Below, in pieces: positions 18,721 through 29,154 of a stretch of DNA of 64,000 nt. The DNA lies in IMG/VR virus record IMGVR_UViG_3300006145_000003. The stretch is one strand, 5' to 3'. Made by a program: the position numbers and the translations under genes. Numbering within the stretch: the stretch's first letter is position 1; every line of letters starts with the position of its first letter. The notes below the pieces were generated by a model, which did no database searches, was not told where the DNA came from, and saw nothing but the letters and a program-made list of their open reading frames with translations. This DNA comes from a virus (taxonomy: Duplodnaviria; Heunggongvirae; Uroviricota; Caudoviricetes).

Positions 18721-20235
18721 ATGATTCTATATAACCCATTGCTTTGTTTGGACTTTTACAAAACTGCCCATGCAGAGCAGTATCCGCAAACATTAACCAA
18801 AATGGTTTCTTACTATACGCCGCGAATGACCCGCTTGGAAGATACGGATAAGGTCACATTGTTTGGACTACAAGCGTTTATTAAGGAATTTCTTATTGAT
18901 GCGTTCAATATCAATTTCTTCTGGAAAAATTGGGAAGACGTACTTACGGAATATAAGCGTATTCTTAACGCCACCATCAATACGGATGGTATCGGAGAGA
19001 AACGGATGAAAGCACTGCACAACCTCAGGTATCTTCCTTTGGAGATTCGAGCTGTGCCAGAGGGTACTCGTACAAATATTAAGGTGCCACAGATTGAGAT
19101 TTCTAACACTCACCCGGATTTTGTATGGCTAGTCAACTCCATCGAAACCATGCTATCCTGTACCATGTGGCACACTCAGGTTTCCGCTGAGGTAGGATAC
19201 CGCTATCGTCAAATCGTCAATGAGTACGCCGAACGTACTTGTGATGATGGCACGGTTCGCGCAAGACTCCTTGGCGATTTTTCTATGCGCGGCCAGGAGA
19301 GTGCAGAAAGTGCAACTAAAAGCTCTGCTGCATTCTGTCTTAGCTTCCTGAATACAGCTACAGTTCCGGCCATCCTCTGGCTGGAGGACAACTATAACTG
19401 TGATTGTACCAAGGAGCAGGTTGCTTTCGGCGCTCTGTCCACAGAACACAGTGTGATGTGTTCGAACTATGCCATCGACGGCGATGAGATTACTCACATC
19501 AACCGACTTTTGACAGAGGTTTATCCGCATCAGAGTTTCTCTATGGTTAGCGATAGCTACGACTACTGGAATCTGGTGAACGAAATTCTACCCCAACTCA
19601 AGGATGAGATTCTGGCGCATGACGGTTGCTTGTCTATTCGCGGTGACAGCGGAGACCCTGTAGAAGTTGTTACTGAGACTGTATTTAGACTATGGGATAT
19701 CTTTGGCGGAACGGTCAACAGTAAAGGCTTTAAGGTTCTAAATCCTCATGTTAAGGCGTTGTATGGTGACAGCATTACACCCCGGCGCTGCAAGCAGATT
19801 TACGAAATCCTTGAGAACGCCGGGTTTGCCATTAACAATGTTGCTCTTGGTGTTGGTTCTTTCTCCATGCAATGTCTGGAGACAATTATCAGAAATGATG
19901 AGGGGCTAGCTGGTTATTCTGAGGTAAAAGCCTATGCGCCATATACTCGCGATACATTTGGTATCGCTGTTAAGGCCACATATGCCGAGGATGCTGATGG
20001 CAAGCCTATTATGATTTTCAAGAACCCCAAGACCGATACTGGACACTTTAAGAAGTCACAACGTGGTTGTTGCCGCGTGTATAAGGACGGTGACAACTAC
20101 ACCTATGAAGATGGCCTGACCTGGGCAGAAGCGCAAGGAAACAACGAGCTTCGGACGGTCTTCAAGAATGGTGAGTTTATCAAGACATACACACTATCCG
20201 AAGTACGCCAGAATCTTCACGGCGGACGGTTCTGA
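18721..20235 (+). CDS. nadV: nicotinamide phosphoribosyltransferase (Nampt/NadV)
   Basis: N-terminal DFYKTAH motif, ~500 aa; NAD-salvage neighbours. Confidence 0.8.
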   Translation: MILYNPLLCLDFYKTAHAEQYPQTLTKMVSYYTPRMTRLEDTDKVTLFGLQAFIKEFLIDAFNINFFWKNWEDVLTEYKRILNATINTDGIGEKRMKALHNLRYLPLEIRAVPEGTRTNIKVPQIEISNTHPDFVWLVNSIETMLSCTMWHTQVSAEVGYRYRQIVNEYAERTCDDGTVRARLLGDFSMRGQESAESATKSSAAFCLSFLNTATVPAILWLEDNYNCDCTKEQVAFGALSTEHSVMCSNYAIDGDEITHINRLLTEVYPHQSFSMVSDSYDYWNLVNEILPQLKDEILAHDGCLSIRGDSGDPVEVVTETVFRLWDIFGGTVNSKGFKVLNPHVKALYGDSITPRRCKQIYEILENAGFAINNVALGVGSFSMQCLETIIRNDEGLAGYSEVKAYAPYTRDTFGIAVKATYAEDADGKPIMIFKNPKTDTGHFKKSQRGCCRVYKDGDNYTYEDGLTWAEAQGNNELRTVFKNGEFIKTYTLSEVRQNLHGGRF

Positions 20236-20264
20236 TGGTGGCGATAGAGAAAAGAGGATAAGAA

Positions 20265-21019
20265 ATGATTTTTAACCCACAAGAAACAAAAGATGACCTC
20301 GTCCAATGGATTCGTAAGTATTTTGCCGACAATGGCCCGATGTGCAGCGCCGTTGTTGGTATATCTGGGGGTAAAGACAGCACCATTGTTGCGGCATTGT
20401 GCGTAGAGGCGCTTGGTAAGGACAGAGTTATTGGCGTCTTGATGCCAAACGGTGTCCAGAATGATATTGATGACTCTTTTAGTGTAGTGAACAGCCTCGG
20501 CATCCGGAACATCAAAGTCAACATTGGAGCCGCATATAAAGAACTAGTTGAAGCAGTCGATGGTGCACTAAATGAAAGTGTGAGTACGCAGACACGGGTA
20601 AACCTCCCCCACGACTCCGCATGGCAACGTTATATGCGGTTGCTCAATCACTGCCAAACGGAGGGCGCGTTGCTAATACTTGCAATATGTCCGAGGACTA
20701 TGTGGGATACTCCACAAAGTTCGGTGACAGTGCAGGTGATTTTAGTCCGCTTGCTAACCTCACAGTAAGTGAGGTACGACAGATTGGGTGCATTCTTTCA
20801 AATGAGCTTTCAATTCCGGCATACTTAATAACAAAGACTCCATCGGACGGTCTATGTGGTAAAACTGACGAGGATAACCTTGGCTTTACGTATAACCAGC
20901 TGGATGCATATATCATGACGGGGACATGCTGTGACGAAGAAATTGACCACAGGATTGCGAGTATGCACGACGCTAATCTACACAAGTTATTACCCATGCC
21001 AACATTTGCAATACTTTGA
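20265..21019 (+). pseudogene. nadE: NAD+ synthetase (NadE) interrupted by a -1 frameshift at C5 run 20606-20610
   Basis: Frame 1 has PP-loop GISGGKDST; frame 2 (from ~20600) has RLRMATLYAVAQ...GYSTKFGD; adding one C restores continuous NadE. Confidence 0.75.
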
Positions 21020-21342
21020 TGGAGGATAACAATACGGAGAAAAATAAAAGGAGTACGCGGAGGAAGTGTAAGACAGGCTTTCAGGTATATGTTCTGTACA
21101 CTTATTGGGATACACCGGATACCGAAGGAAACGAAGTCCTCGGTGTCTTCTTAAATCTGTCTGACTCCATTCTCGCTATGAAATCTGCTGCGGAATCTCT
21201 AAAAGTCCAATATCCTAGTGACTATTGGGAAGAAGACTTTACGTGGCGGGATGAACTTGAGATACATCTTGGAAGTCAAAAGGATAACCCGAGCCACGCA
21301 ACAATATATTGCTGGACAATTTCTGAGGAAACTTTGCAATAA
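21016..21342 (+). CDS. hypothetical protein
   Basis: ORF overlapping previous stop. Confidence 0.45.
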   Translation: MMEDNNTEKNKRSTRRKCKTGFQVYVLYTYWDTPDTEGNEVLGVFLNLSDSILAMKSAAESLKVQYPSDYWEEDFTWRDELEIHLGSQKDNPSHATIYCWTISEETLQ

Positions 21343-21351
21343 GGAGGTATT

Positions 21352-22629
21352 ATGAGGAATTCCTTAGTTCAGATTGAAGCGCTTTGTAAGGCGAAAGGAA
21401 AGAACGATAAATTGGACATCATTCGTCGAAATAGCAATAACGATGAGTTTTGCCAATTCCTCTACTATGCATTGAATCCAATGCTAACCTACAAGGTATC
21501 GGAGAGCAGGCTCCGGCAACCATTTATCTATACCACATCTGCACCTATTCCACCTTCAATGCTGAACATCTTTTCAATATGCGAAGAGTTATCCTCGCGC
21601 AAAGCTTTGGATTTTATAACTTTGGAGCAGGTATGCGCTTTTTTGGAAGCGTGTGAATCTGACGAGAAAGAGATATATATTAAGCTTCTGGCAAAAACAT
21701 TGCGGCTAGGTGTCACTGCGAAATCTGTCAATAAGGTTATCCCTGGTCTAATACCAACATGGGAAGTTCAACAGGCATATCCTATTGATGAACACTCCAT
21801 CAAGGACGGAGAATGGTTCGCTTTAACCCAGAAATTAAATGGGGTTAGAGCAACTTTTTATAAAGGAAAGCTTTATGCGCGAAGCGGAATCAAGTTTGAT
21901 GGTCTTGAGCATATCATACAGGAATTCTCATGGGATGTCAATGCGGAGTATGTGTTCGATGGAGAGCTTACTTTGCTGGATAAAGGTAGGCTTTCTGATA
22001 ATGAAGCCTTTCGGAAGGCAACAGGAATTATTAACTCGGATAGAGATAAAACGGGCATTTGCTATACAGTCTTCGACATGGTGAGTACATTAGAGTTTGA
22101 ATCGGACGGTTGCCTTACGACGTATGCAGTTCGACGTAAGGAGCTGGAAACAATAGCCCATAACTTTTCTGTCAACGGATACGTTCAGATTCTTCCAGTT
22201 CTTTATATGGGTACAGACCAGTCGAAAATTCCCGAACTTTTGGAGAAGATGGTTAACGAAGACAAAGAAGGGCTGATAGCAAATCTCGATGTCCCATATA
22301 GAAGGAAACGACATAAAGGAATATTGAAAATTAAAGAGTTCTACACTATGGATTTACCAATCATTCGTTGCGAAGAAGGAACTGGAAGACTTTCAGGTAC
22401 ATTAGGTAGTTTTGTTGTAAGTTTCTTCGATGATGAAGTTGGTATTGGTTCAGGATTTACGGATAGGGAAAGAGAAGAATTTTGGGGTATGCGTGAAGAA
22501 ATTGTAGGAATGCTTTGCGAGGTAAGATATAAGGAAATATCAAGCGACAAGAATACTGGAGCAAAAAGTCTACAATTCCCATCATTTGTACGCTTGCGCT
22601 TAGACAAGGAGGATGTAAGTTATGGCTAA
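21352..22629 (+). CDS. ATP-dependent DNA ligase (nucleotidyltransferase motif I KLNGVR)
   Basis: TQKLNGVRATF (motif I), EGLIAN (IV), ILKIK (V). Confidence 0.65.
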   Translation: MRNSLVQIEALCKAKGKNDKLDIIRRNSNNDEFCQFLYYALNPMLTYKVSESRLRQPFIYTTSAPIPPSMLNIFSICEELSSRKALDFITLEQVCAFLEACESDEKEIYIKLLAKTLRLGVTAKSVNKVIPGLIPTWEVQQAYPIDEHSIKDGEWFALTQKLNGVRATFYKGKLYARSGIKFDGLEHIIQEFSWDVNAEYVFDGELTLLDKGRLSDNEAFRKATGIINSDRDKTGICYTVFDMVSTLEFESDGCLTTYAVRRKELETIAHNFSVNGYVQILPVLYMGTDQSKIPELLEKMVNEDKEGLIANLDVPYRRKRHKGILKIKEFYTMDLPIIRCEEGTGRLSGTLGSFVVSFFDDEVGIGSGFTDREREEFWGMREEIVGMLCEVRYKEISSDKNTGAKSLQFPSFVRLRLDKEDVSYG

Positions 22630-22990
22630 GTGTATGGTATATACCGTCTACGACTTAATTGAGTTTTTGAAAAATAAGGGCGCAATTAGATGTACAACCT
22701 TAAGTGAACGAAAAAGGATTATTGAAGCTATTACCGAACTTGGAGCTTTTGACATGGCCCATGCCATTGAATATCTTGCGAATAATGGCGAAAGTACAGA
22801 GTATATGCATCCTACTCTGTGTAGTGAAAATACCATTGCATTTTTTAATGATGATGGACTGAGTGTGCGCGACTATGTTGAGTACAAAGAGGCAATGAAT
22901 GCAATCTATAGCGAAGGAATAGAAGATTGCTGTATGACAGAAAATGATTTTGAGGCAAAGGTTGCAGAAATGCTCTCTATTAAGCTATAG
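22622..22990 (+). CDS. hypothetical protein
   Basis: ORF overlapping ligase stop. Confidence 0.45.
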   Translation: MAKCMVYTVYDLIEFLKNKGAIRCTTLSERKRIIEAITELGAFDMAHAIEYLANNGESTEYMHPTLCSENTIAFFNDDGLSVRDYVEYKEAMNAIYSEGIEDCCMTENDFEAKVAEMLSIKL

Positions 22991-23075
22991 CAAATATGGC
23001 GATAAGGGTTGAACCCATATAATATATGAGACGTATTGGAAACGTGCGTCTGAACGATGAAACGGAGGAGACACA

Positions 23076-23231
23076 ATGAACTTTGTCTTCTGGATAGGCA
23101 TCATTATTGCAGTGGTGCTTCTATGGTTTTGTTTGAGCTTTGCATTTAAGGGAATTGGCGGAGCTGCACTGCACTTGTATAATGATGCGAAGAAGGAAAT
23201 CAGAGGTGAAAACTCTGATAAAAAACAATAA
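23076..23231 (+). CDS. small membrane protein (51 aa; below ORF-track cutoff)
   Basis: RBS ggaggag; single TM WIGIIIAVVLLWF; precedes SPFH gene. Confidence 0.45.
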   Translation: MNFVFWIGIIIAVVLLWFCLSFAFKGIGGAALHLYNDAKKEIRGENSDKKQ

Positions 23232-23252
23232 TTTGTAAAGGTGGTTTGCTGA

Positions 23253-24167
23253 TTGAAGGGAAAAATTGGAGCATTGATTCTGGCCGTGATTCTAATTCTC
23301 GGCATCGTGTGCTGCGTAGTATGTTTGGAGAAAATTCCTGCGGGCTATGTTGGTGTTGTGTACAATATGAACGGAGGAGTAGATGGAGAGGTTCTGCCGC
23401 AGGGGTGGCATCTTGTGCCACCTACTAAGAAAATAACCAAGTATTCAATTGGAATTGAGCAGTCGTATTTGACTGCGGAGGATAAGGGAGACTCTCCAAA
23501 AGACGAGAGCTTTAATATTCCAACGTCTGATGGAAAGACAGTGCGCGTTAACCTGGAATTTTCTTATCGTTTTGATGAGGCCCGAGTTTCTGAGACATTC
23601 GCGACATTCAAGGGCAAGTCTGGCGATACTATCAAGGACTCCTTTATTAAGCCAAAGGTTATTGCTTGGACTCAGGAAGTGTCTGCAAACTATCCCGTTA
23701 CAGACATATTCGGCGACAAGAGGACTGAAATCAATGCTGAGCTAGATACATACCTTCGCGAGAGATTTGACCAGTATGGTATCATCATTGATACGGTGAA
23801 CTTTACCGACATATCCGTGGACGATGAAACCGCATCGGCAATTCAGAAGAAAGTAACCGCTCAGCAGGAGCTAGAACTTGCTAATATTGAGGCACAAACA
23901 GCAAAGATTCAGGCCGAAAAGGACAAGGAAGTTGCCCAGATTCAGGCAGAGAAAACTATTATTGAGGCAGAGGCAAGCGCCGAAAAGGTGAGAATTGCCG
24001 CAGATGCCGAAGCCGATGCCAATCAAAAGATTGCTCGTTCACTAACTGGTGAACTGATTGAGAAAATCAAGTACGAGCGGTGGAACGGTGAGCTTCCTAC
24101 AGTTTCAGGCGGGAGTGCCATTGTAAGCATTGGGGAGCCCAATAACGAACCTGCTCCAGCTGAATAA
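23253..24167 (+). CDS. SPFH/band-7 (stomatin/HflC-like) membrane protein with C-terminal coiled coil, TTG start
   Basis: N-terminal TM then PAGYVGVVYN...G..LPQGWHLVPP; heptad-rich AQQELELANIEAQTAKIQAEKDKEVAQIQAEK. Confidence 0.65.
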   Translation: MKGKIGALILAVILILGIVCCVVCLEKIPAGYVGVVYNMNGGVDGEVLPQGWHLVPPTKKITKYSIGIEQSYLTAEDKGDSPKDESFNIPTSDGKTVRVNLEFSYRFDEARVSETFATFKGKSGDTIKDSFIKPKVIAWTQEVSANYPVTDIFGDKRTEINAELDTYLRERFDQYGIIIDTVNFTDISVDDETASAIQKKVTAQQELELANIEAQTAKIQAEKDKEVAQIQAEKTIIEAEASAEKVRIAADAEADANQKIARSLTGELIEKIKYERWNGELPTVSGGSAIVSIGEPNNEPAPAE

Positions 24168-24227
24168 CTAACGCATAAAAGTGAGGCATATTTACTCTTA
24201 TCGCAAGCCTCACAAAGTTATGCTAAG

Positions 24228-24290
24228 CGCAACCATATGCCATGCGATTGTTTCCGTCGCTTTGGCACACTGGTTGCGCTTTTTTTTTAT
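24228..24290 (+). terminator. candidate terminator: stem gcgcaacca/tggttgcgc followed by T9
   Basis: 9-bp stem with large loop then TTTTTTTTT. Confidence 0.45.
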
Positions 24291-24300
24291 TATATAGGTG

Positions 24301-24801
24301 ATGCAAATGGGTCGCAGAGTAATAGATTTATCTGGCAAAAAGTATGGAAATTTGACTGTCATTAGGCGCATTGATTCAGAAGATGAGCGAATTTTATGGG
24401 AGTGCAAATGTAGGTGCGGCAATTCTATTGTGGTGCGTGGAGACCATCTAAAGTCTGGCCGCGTAAGGTCATGTGGATGTATCCCGCGAGGGAAAAAGAG
24501 GGCCAGAGCTATGTCATCACAGGAGATGACCAGAACTACAGAAAGTCTTTTTAGACTAGAATATGACAAAGACAATCCATACCAGTCTCTCGCTAATGCA
24601 ATTGTTGCAATTGCGGTAGATGATTATCGTTCTGCTTTGCAGAGTAAAAACAATGAACTAGAAAGTTCCGTAAATGAGTTTTTTGATTCTAACTGGTTCA
24701 GAATGCTGACAAAAGTTGATGCATCTGTATTGAAAAGTTTAATCAGAAAAGAGCAAAATGGCGAAATGAACAAAATAAATATTGCGGAAGTAGTAGACTG
24801 A
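24301..24801 (+). CDS. Cys-rich hypothetical protein
   Basis: CKCRCGN...SCGC cluster. Confidence 0.45.
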   Translation: MQMGRRVIDLSGKKYGNLTVIRRIDSEDERILWECKCRCGNSIVVRGDHLKSGRVRSCGCIPRGKKRARAMSSQEMTRTTESLFRLEYDKDNPYQSLANAIVAIAVDDYRSALQSKNNELESSVNEFFDSNWFRMLTKVDASVLKSLIRKEQNGEMNKINIAEVVD

Positions 24802-24880
24802 TGATGGCTTAATATGCGAATATATGAGCTGGCATAAATCGAAAAAAACAGAAGCAAATACATAAGATGGGGCGTGTCAT

Positions 24881-25249
24881 ATGGACGAAATTTTTGAGAA
24901 AGAGTGCACAGAAAGCATCGAGGCAGAAGATATTGATGCTGCCGAAGAAAAAAGCATCATGAAGCAAAAAGTGGCACAGAGGAGAAGGAACACTTTTCTT
25001 AAGCGTAACCGACTTCTGCGTTTATCTAAGATAAGCCCTTACAACCCACGAATTTATCCATATGAAAGGGAAGTGTGGGAGAATGACGACTGGAAGTGTA
25101 TCAATAGGCCGTATGCAGTTCGCTCTCATAATTCAAATAGGTCTAAGTTCGCAAAGAGACGCTCTAACAAGCTGGTACGAAGGTACAATGGTACTTTTGT
25201 TGGAAGCAAGTATAAAAGAATGTATGATTTATGGTGGGAGGTTTACTGA
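24881..25249 (+). CDS. basic hypothetical protein
   Basis: ORF, K/R-rich. Confidence 0.45.
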   Translation: MDEIFEKECTESIEAEDIDAAEEKSIMKQKVAQRRRNTFLKRNRLLRLSKISPYNPRIYPYEREVWENDDWKCINRPYAVRSHNSNRSKFAKRRSNKLVRRYNGTFVGSKYKRMYDLWWEVY

Positions 25250-25252
25250 GGT

Positions 25253-26050
25253 ATGGGGAAAGCTTCATTGGGAAACAGAATGAAGAGGTATGAAATGGTG
25301 TCCTCAAATAGCCTAACACGTAGGACACCAGCAATCATTCGGATTGACGGTAAGGCATTTCATTCGTTTACGAAGGGAATGAATAGACCGTTTGACCCAG
25401 TATTTAGGAATACAATGGCCGAAACCATGAAAGAACTATGTCAGGGCATACAAGGTTGTGTGTTTGGATACACGCAGTCAGATGAAATATCGTTGTTACT
25501 AACAGATTACTCCACATTAGATACAGATGCCTGGTTTGGGTATGAAGTGCAAAAAATGTGTAGCATTGCGGCCTCCACTGCAACCCTATCATTTAATATC
25601 AATTTCATCGACCAAGCAAATGCTGCACAGCAATTCTACGATACAGAGGCAAGTATTGAGGGTTATATGAAATTTGACTATTCTGTGTATGAACGAAGGT
25701 TCAACAAAGCAAATTTTGATGCCCGAGTATTTTCGCTTCCAAAAGAAGAAGTATGTAATTATTTTATCTGGAGGCAGCAGGATGCAACAAGGAATAGCAT
25801 ACAATCAGCTGGTCAGGCTTATTTTAGCCATCATGAACTTCAAGGTAAAAATCAGACAGATATACAGGAAATGCTATGGAGTACACAAAACCTGAACTGG
25901 AATGACTACCCAGTGTGGTATAAACGTGGTGTTACTTGCTATAAGACACCCCAGAACATAGACAAAAAGACAACCCGCATGAAATGGGTAATTGATGATA
26001 AGCCTCCAATTTTTTCACAGGATAGAACCCATGTTGAGGCGTGGATATAG
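25253..26050 (+). CDS. Thg1-like protein (tRNA-His guanylyltransferase family 3'-5' polymerase)
   Basis: IRIDGKAFHSFTKG...FGYTQSDEISLLL matches Thg1 palm motifs. Confidence 0.8.
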   Translation: MGKASLGNRMKRYEMVSSNSLTRRTPAIIRIDGKAFHSFTKGMNRPFDPVFRNTMAETMKELCQGIQGCVFGYTQSDEISLLLTDYSTLDTDAWFGYEVQKMCSIAASTATLSFNINFIDQANAAQQFYDTEASIEGYMKFDYSVYERRFNKANFDARVFSLPKEEVCNYFIWRQQDATRNSIQSAGQAYFSHHELQGKNQTDIQEMLWSTQNLNWNDYPVWYKRGVTCYKTPQNIDKKTTRMKWVIDDKPPIFSQDRTHVEAWI

Positions 26051-26084
26051 TACAAATTTAGAATGTACTTAGAAAGGAGAAACT

Positions 26085-26885
26085 ATGAGCCATTATTCAG
26101 TTGCAGTTTTTTCAAGAAATGGTGGTAATGATGTTGATGAATTGTTGGCACCATTTGATGAGAACATGAGAGTAGATAGATATGTGTCTCATACAAAAGA
26201 AGAGTTAATAGAAATAGGCAAAAAGAACATACAAGACTATCGTGATTCTGTGTATGCAGAATATCTTCGTGACCCGGCCAAGTACCTCAGGGAACGTTGC
26301 GAGAATGACCCCGAGAATAGACACTATAGATATTTGCGTGACGAATTTCCACAAAGGCTCTCATGGACGGATGAAGAGATATATCAGTGCGAAATCGACG
26401 GATATGAACCTGACGAAATCGGTGATGATGGAGAGGTATACTCAACATATAATCCTCGGTCGAAGTGGGACTGGTATGAAGTCGGAGGAAGGTTTTCACA
26501 TCTTCTTCAATGCAAAGAGGAAATTCCACTAAGAGACCAGGCGTATGCGCTGGATGTGGATTTCGATGGTATGAAAGCAAGAAAAGAAAAATCGCTTATT
26601 CCATATGATGAGTTTATCTCACGGAATACTTTTTGGAAGCCAGAATATCTTAGAGAGATGTATCCAGACGAGCAAACATACATCGCAAGTAGGACATGCT
26701 TTAGTACATATGCGGTTATTACGCCCGACGGGGAATGGCACGCTCCAGGTAAGATGGGGTGGTGGGGTATGAGCAGCGAAACCCCAGACGAAGAGAGGGA
26801 GTGGGATTTAAAATATTACGAAAGATTTATCGCCCCAGCGATTGAGCATAACTGGCATATCACAATTGTAGATTGCCACATATAA
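26085..26885 (+). CDS. hypothetical protein
   Basis: ORF with RBS aaaggag. Confidence 0.5.
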   Translation: MSHYSVAVFSRNGGNDVDELLAPFDENMRVDRYVSHTKEELIEIGKKNIQDYRDSVYAEYLRDPAKYLRERCENDPENRHYRYLRDEFPQRLSWTDEEIYQCEIDGYEPDEIGDDGEVYSTYNPRSKWDWYEVGGRFSHLLQCKEEIPLRDQAYALDVDFDGMKARKEKSLIPYDEFISRNTFWKPEYLREMYPDEQTYIASRTCFSTYAVITPDGEWHAPGKMGWWGMSSETPDEEREWDLKYYERFIAPAIEHNWHITIVDCHI

Positions 26886-26899
26886 AGGAGAACCGCGTT

Positions 26900-27319
26900 A
26901 TGAAGATTGACTGTTTTAGGGGAAGGTATTTCTTCCTTAGCAACTTCTTTGCGTCCGATATCAGATACAATGGAGTGACTTTTCTGAATAATGAGGCAGC
27001 TTTTCAAGCTCAGAAATGCCCTGAAAGAGCAAGTGAGTTTTGTGAGCTGAATCCATCAGATGCAAAGCGTTTGGGCAGAAAAGTAAGGTTGAGAAGCGAC
27101 TGGGAATCTGTCAAAGATGATGTTATGTATGATGTCTGTCGCGCAAAATTTTCCCAAAACGCAGAGCTTAGAAGACAACTGCTCAATACAGGCGATGCAG
27201 AACTGGTTGAAGGAAACACCTGGGGTGATAGAGTTTGGGGTGTCTGCGGAGGCGTCGGAGAAAATCGGTTGGGTAGAATACTGATGCGCATCAGAGATGA
27301 GATGAGGGGACTGGATTGA
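26900..27319 (+). CDS. NADAR (YbiA-like, DUF1768) domain protein
   Basis: FLSNFF...YNGVTFLNNEAAFQAQK...W.....G matches NADAR signature; RBS aaaggag. Confidence 0.7.
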   Translation: MKIDCFRGRYFFLSNFFASDIRYNGVTFLNNEAAFQAQKCPERASEFCELNPSDAKRLGRKVRLRSDWESVKDDVMYDVCRAKFSQNAELRRQLLNTGDAELVEGNTWGDRVWGVCGGVGENRLGRILMRIRDEMRGLD

Positions 27320-27609
27320 GTATGCTGAAGACAATTTTGAGTGGTTATAGTTTGAACAGGGTGAAAGATGTGCTAGATGGCGATAATTTCAGTATCCGTG
27401 ATATTCCAGTGTTTATTTTATGGGGGTTCGTTTTTCTTCTATTGGTTGTAATTGGGATAGGAAGTGTAATATACGCCTTAGCCATTCCAATTATTGCACT
27501 GGCCTCATATGATGCTGGTAAACTTTTGCTATATGTACCAGACCTACTTGTTATGGCGATTTGCGCAGCTTCGCTTTTTGGATTTTTTAAAGTGATTGCC
27601 GATGGGTAA
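27316..27609 (+). CDS. membrane protein
   Basis: Two hydrophobic helices. Confidence 0.45.
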   Translation: MSMLKTILSGYSLNRVKDVLDGDNFSIRDIPVFILWGFVFLLLVVIGIGSVIYALAIPIIALASYDAGKLLLYVPDLLVMAICAASLFGFFKVIADG

Positions 27610-27802
27610 AGCAAAAAGAAAGGCTAGACCTTCTATGCCAAAGTGGTACTGGTATGTACAGGACGGGTGCTGGTTTTGTAAAACACCTAATAATTGCAGT
27701 CAATGTAAGCCAAATCGTGAGTTCCTAAAAGAGTTTGGGGCGAAAAAGCAAAAGGGGAAAACAGCTGCCTCGAAGAAAAGTAAATATGATGAGCAATATT
27801 GA
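27596..27802 (+). CDS. small basic Cys-containing protein
   Basis: ORF; CWFC...CSQC. Confidence 0.4.
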   Translation: MPMGKAKRKARPSMPKWYWYVQDGCWFCKTPNNCSQCKPNREFLKEFGAKKQKGKTAASKKSKYDEQY

Positions 27803-28274
27803 GCTATGTGATTCATATGGAATTATGTCTATAGGCAAGACCAAATTCCTGTTTGATATTGAGGATTTACATATTGCTGAGAACCGAGATTGGTATTGTG
27901 ACAAAGACGGCTACTTAGTAAGTTGCTATTACTACAATGGAGCACGTAGATTTGTGAGGTTTCATCGTATTGTGGTGGGGGCAATGCCTCAAGAAATTGT
28001 TGACCACATCAATGGAAACAGGGCAGATAATCGAAAAGCAAACCTTCGGTGTTGTTCAAGGGCCGAGAATAGTAGAAACAGAAAGGTATCCTCTACAAAT
28101 AAATCCGGTGTCACAGGCGTTTTCTATGACAGCGAGCGAGGAAAGTGGAGTGCGAATATTATCTACAACGCCAAAAGGATATATTTGGGGCGCTTTGAAA
28201 ACAAAGAAGATGCAGTAAGAGCTCGTCTTGCAAAAGAGCAAGAACTATATAAAGAATTCACACCAGTTCATTAG
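27786..28274 (+). CDS. HNH endonuclease with AP2 DNA-binding domain (homing endonuclease-like)
   Basis: VDHINGNRADNRKANLR (HNH) and SGVTGVFYDSERGKWSANIIYNAKRIYLGRFENKEDAVRA (AP2). Confidence 0.8.
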   Translation: MMSNIELCDSYGIMSIGKTKFLFDIEDLHIAENRDWYCDKDGYLVSCYYYNGARRFVRFHRIVVGAMPQEIVDHINGNRADNRKANLRCCSRAENSRNRKVSSTNKSGVTGVFYDSERGKWSANIIYNAKRIYLGRFENKEDAVRARLAKEQELYKEFTPVH

Positions 28275-28349
28275 GGCAAAAAGATTTAACTTATATTCTT
28301 CAATAGGGAAATAGTATTTCGGCCTGAAAAACAAGAGGAGAAAATAGAA

Positions 28350-28676
28350 ATGGAACCTGAAGTTAGAAAAATATATGATAGATTCTACGATGACCAGACA
28401 AAACAACAGAACGCAAAATTGCTCGGCGAATTCCAGGTGATTGAGCAAATCATGGAAGATGGATATGATGAATTATTTATTGGTCGCAATATAGAGTCAG
28501 GAGAGATATGCCTAATAAAAGGATATGAGGTTTGCTACTATAACAGCGGAATGGGTTATGCTGTATATCCTTTGAAGAATTTGCTCTCACCATGTGATTT
28601 GTGTATATATAATCCACCGTCAAGTATGGATGGGAAACCTTGTAGCATATGTCCAGCTTGTGCCATTCCGAGGTGA
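28350..28676 (+). CDS. hypothetical protein
   Basis: ORF. Confidence 0.45.
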   Translation: MEPEVRKIYDRFYDDQTKQQNAKLLGEFQVIEQIMEDGYDELFIGRNIESGEICLIKGYEVCYYNSGMGYAVYPLKNLLSPCDLCIYNPPSSMDGKPCSICPACAIPR

Positions 28677-28762
28677 AGAATGAAATTCTTCGTGTGGATT
28701 ATCTTGTCGTCCGGCGAAACCTCAAGAAGATATAAAAATGGGACTTGTTATGAGGAAACCTA

Positions 28763-28960
28763 ATGTATATTGATAAGCAACTTTTCGATTTGATTGTGGT
28801 TAAGCTTACGGTAGCATCCATTATAATGATTGCTAATTTCGTAAACGCAGCGAGGAAGCACGAAGAAGTTAACTCCGTTACATGGTTTAGTAACGGCTTT
28901 TGCATTATCACAACATTCATCCTTTGGATTATATGTATTTGTCTTGGAGATATATCATGA
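28763..28960 (+). CDS. small membrane protein
   Basis: Hydrophobic; preferred over overlapping minus ORF. Confidence 0.4.
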   Translation: MYIDKQLFDLIVVKLTVASIIMIANFVNAARKHEEVNSVTWFSNGFCIITTFILWIICICLGDIS

Positions 28961-29154
28961 GCTATAAAGAAACTATAGCTCTTACACAAGAAAGCATCAA
29001 CCTTTTTGAGGTCATACTTTCCACTTATCAGCTGGAAGCTGCCAGGAAAGGGTTGGAAATTACAATAAATGAAGTGAAGAAGTGTATTCCGACAAAGCCT
29101 ATTCAAAAAATGGTCGCCAAATCGTTGCCCAAATTGCGACGATGGCTATTTTAA
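28957..29154 (+). CDS. small hypothetical protein
   Basis: ATGA overlap with previous. Confidence 0.4.
   Translation: MSYKETIALTQESINLFEVILSTYQLEAARKGLEITINEVKKCIPTKPIQKMVAKSLPKLRRWLF

Noticed and set aside
28699-29106. 135-aa minus-strand ORF
   Set aside because: Composition (Phe/Ile/Cys-rich, odd runs) and absence of a RBS; two + strand ORFs with RBS and ATGA coupling explain the region better
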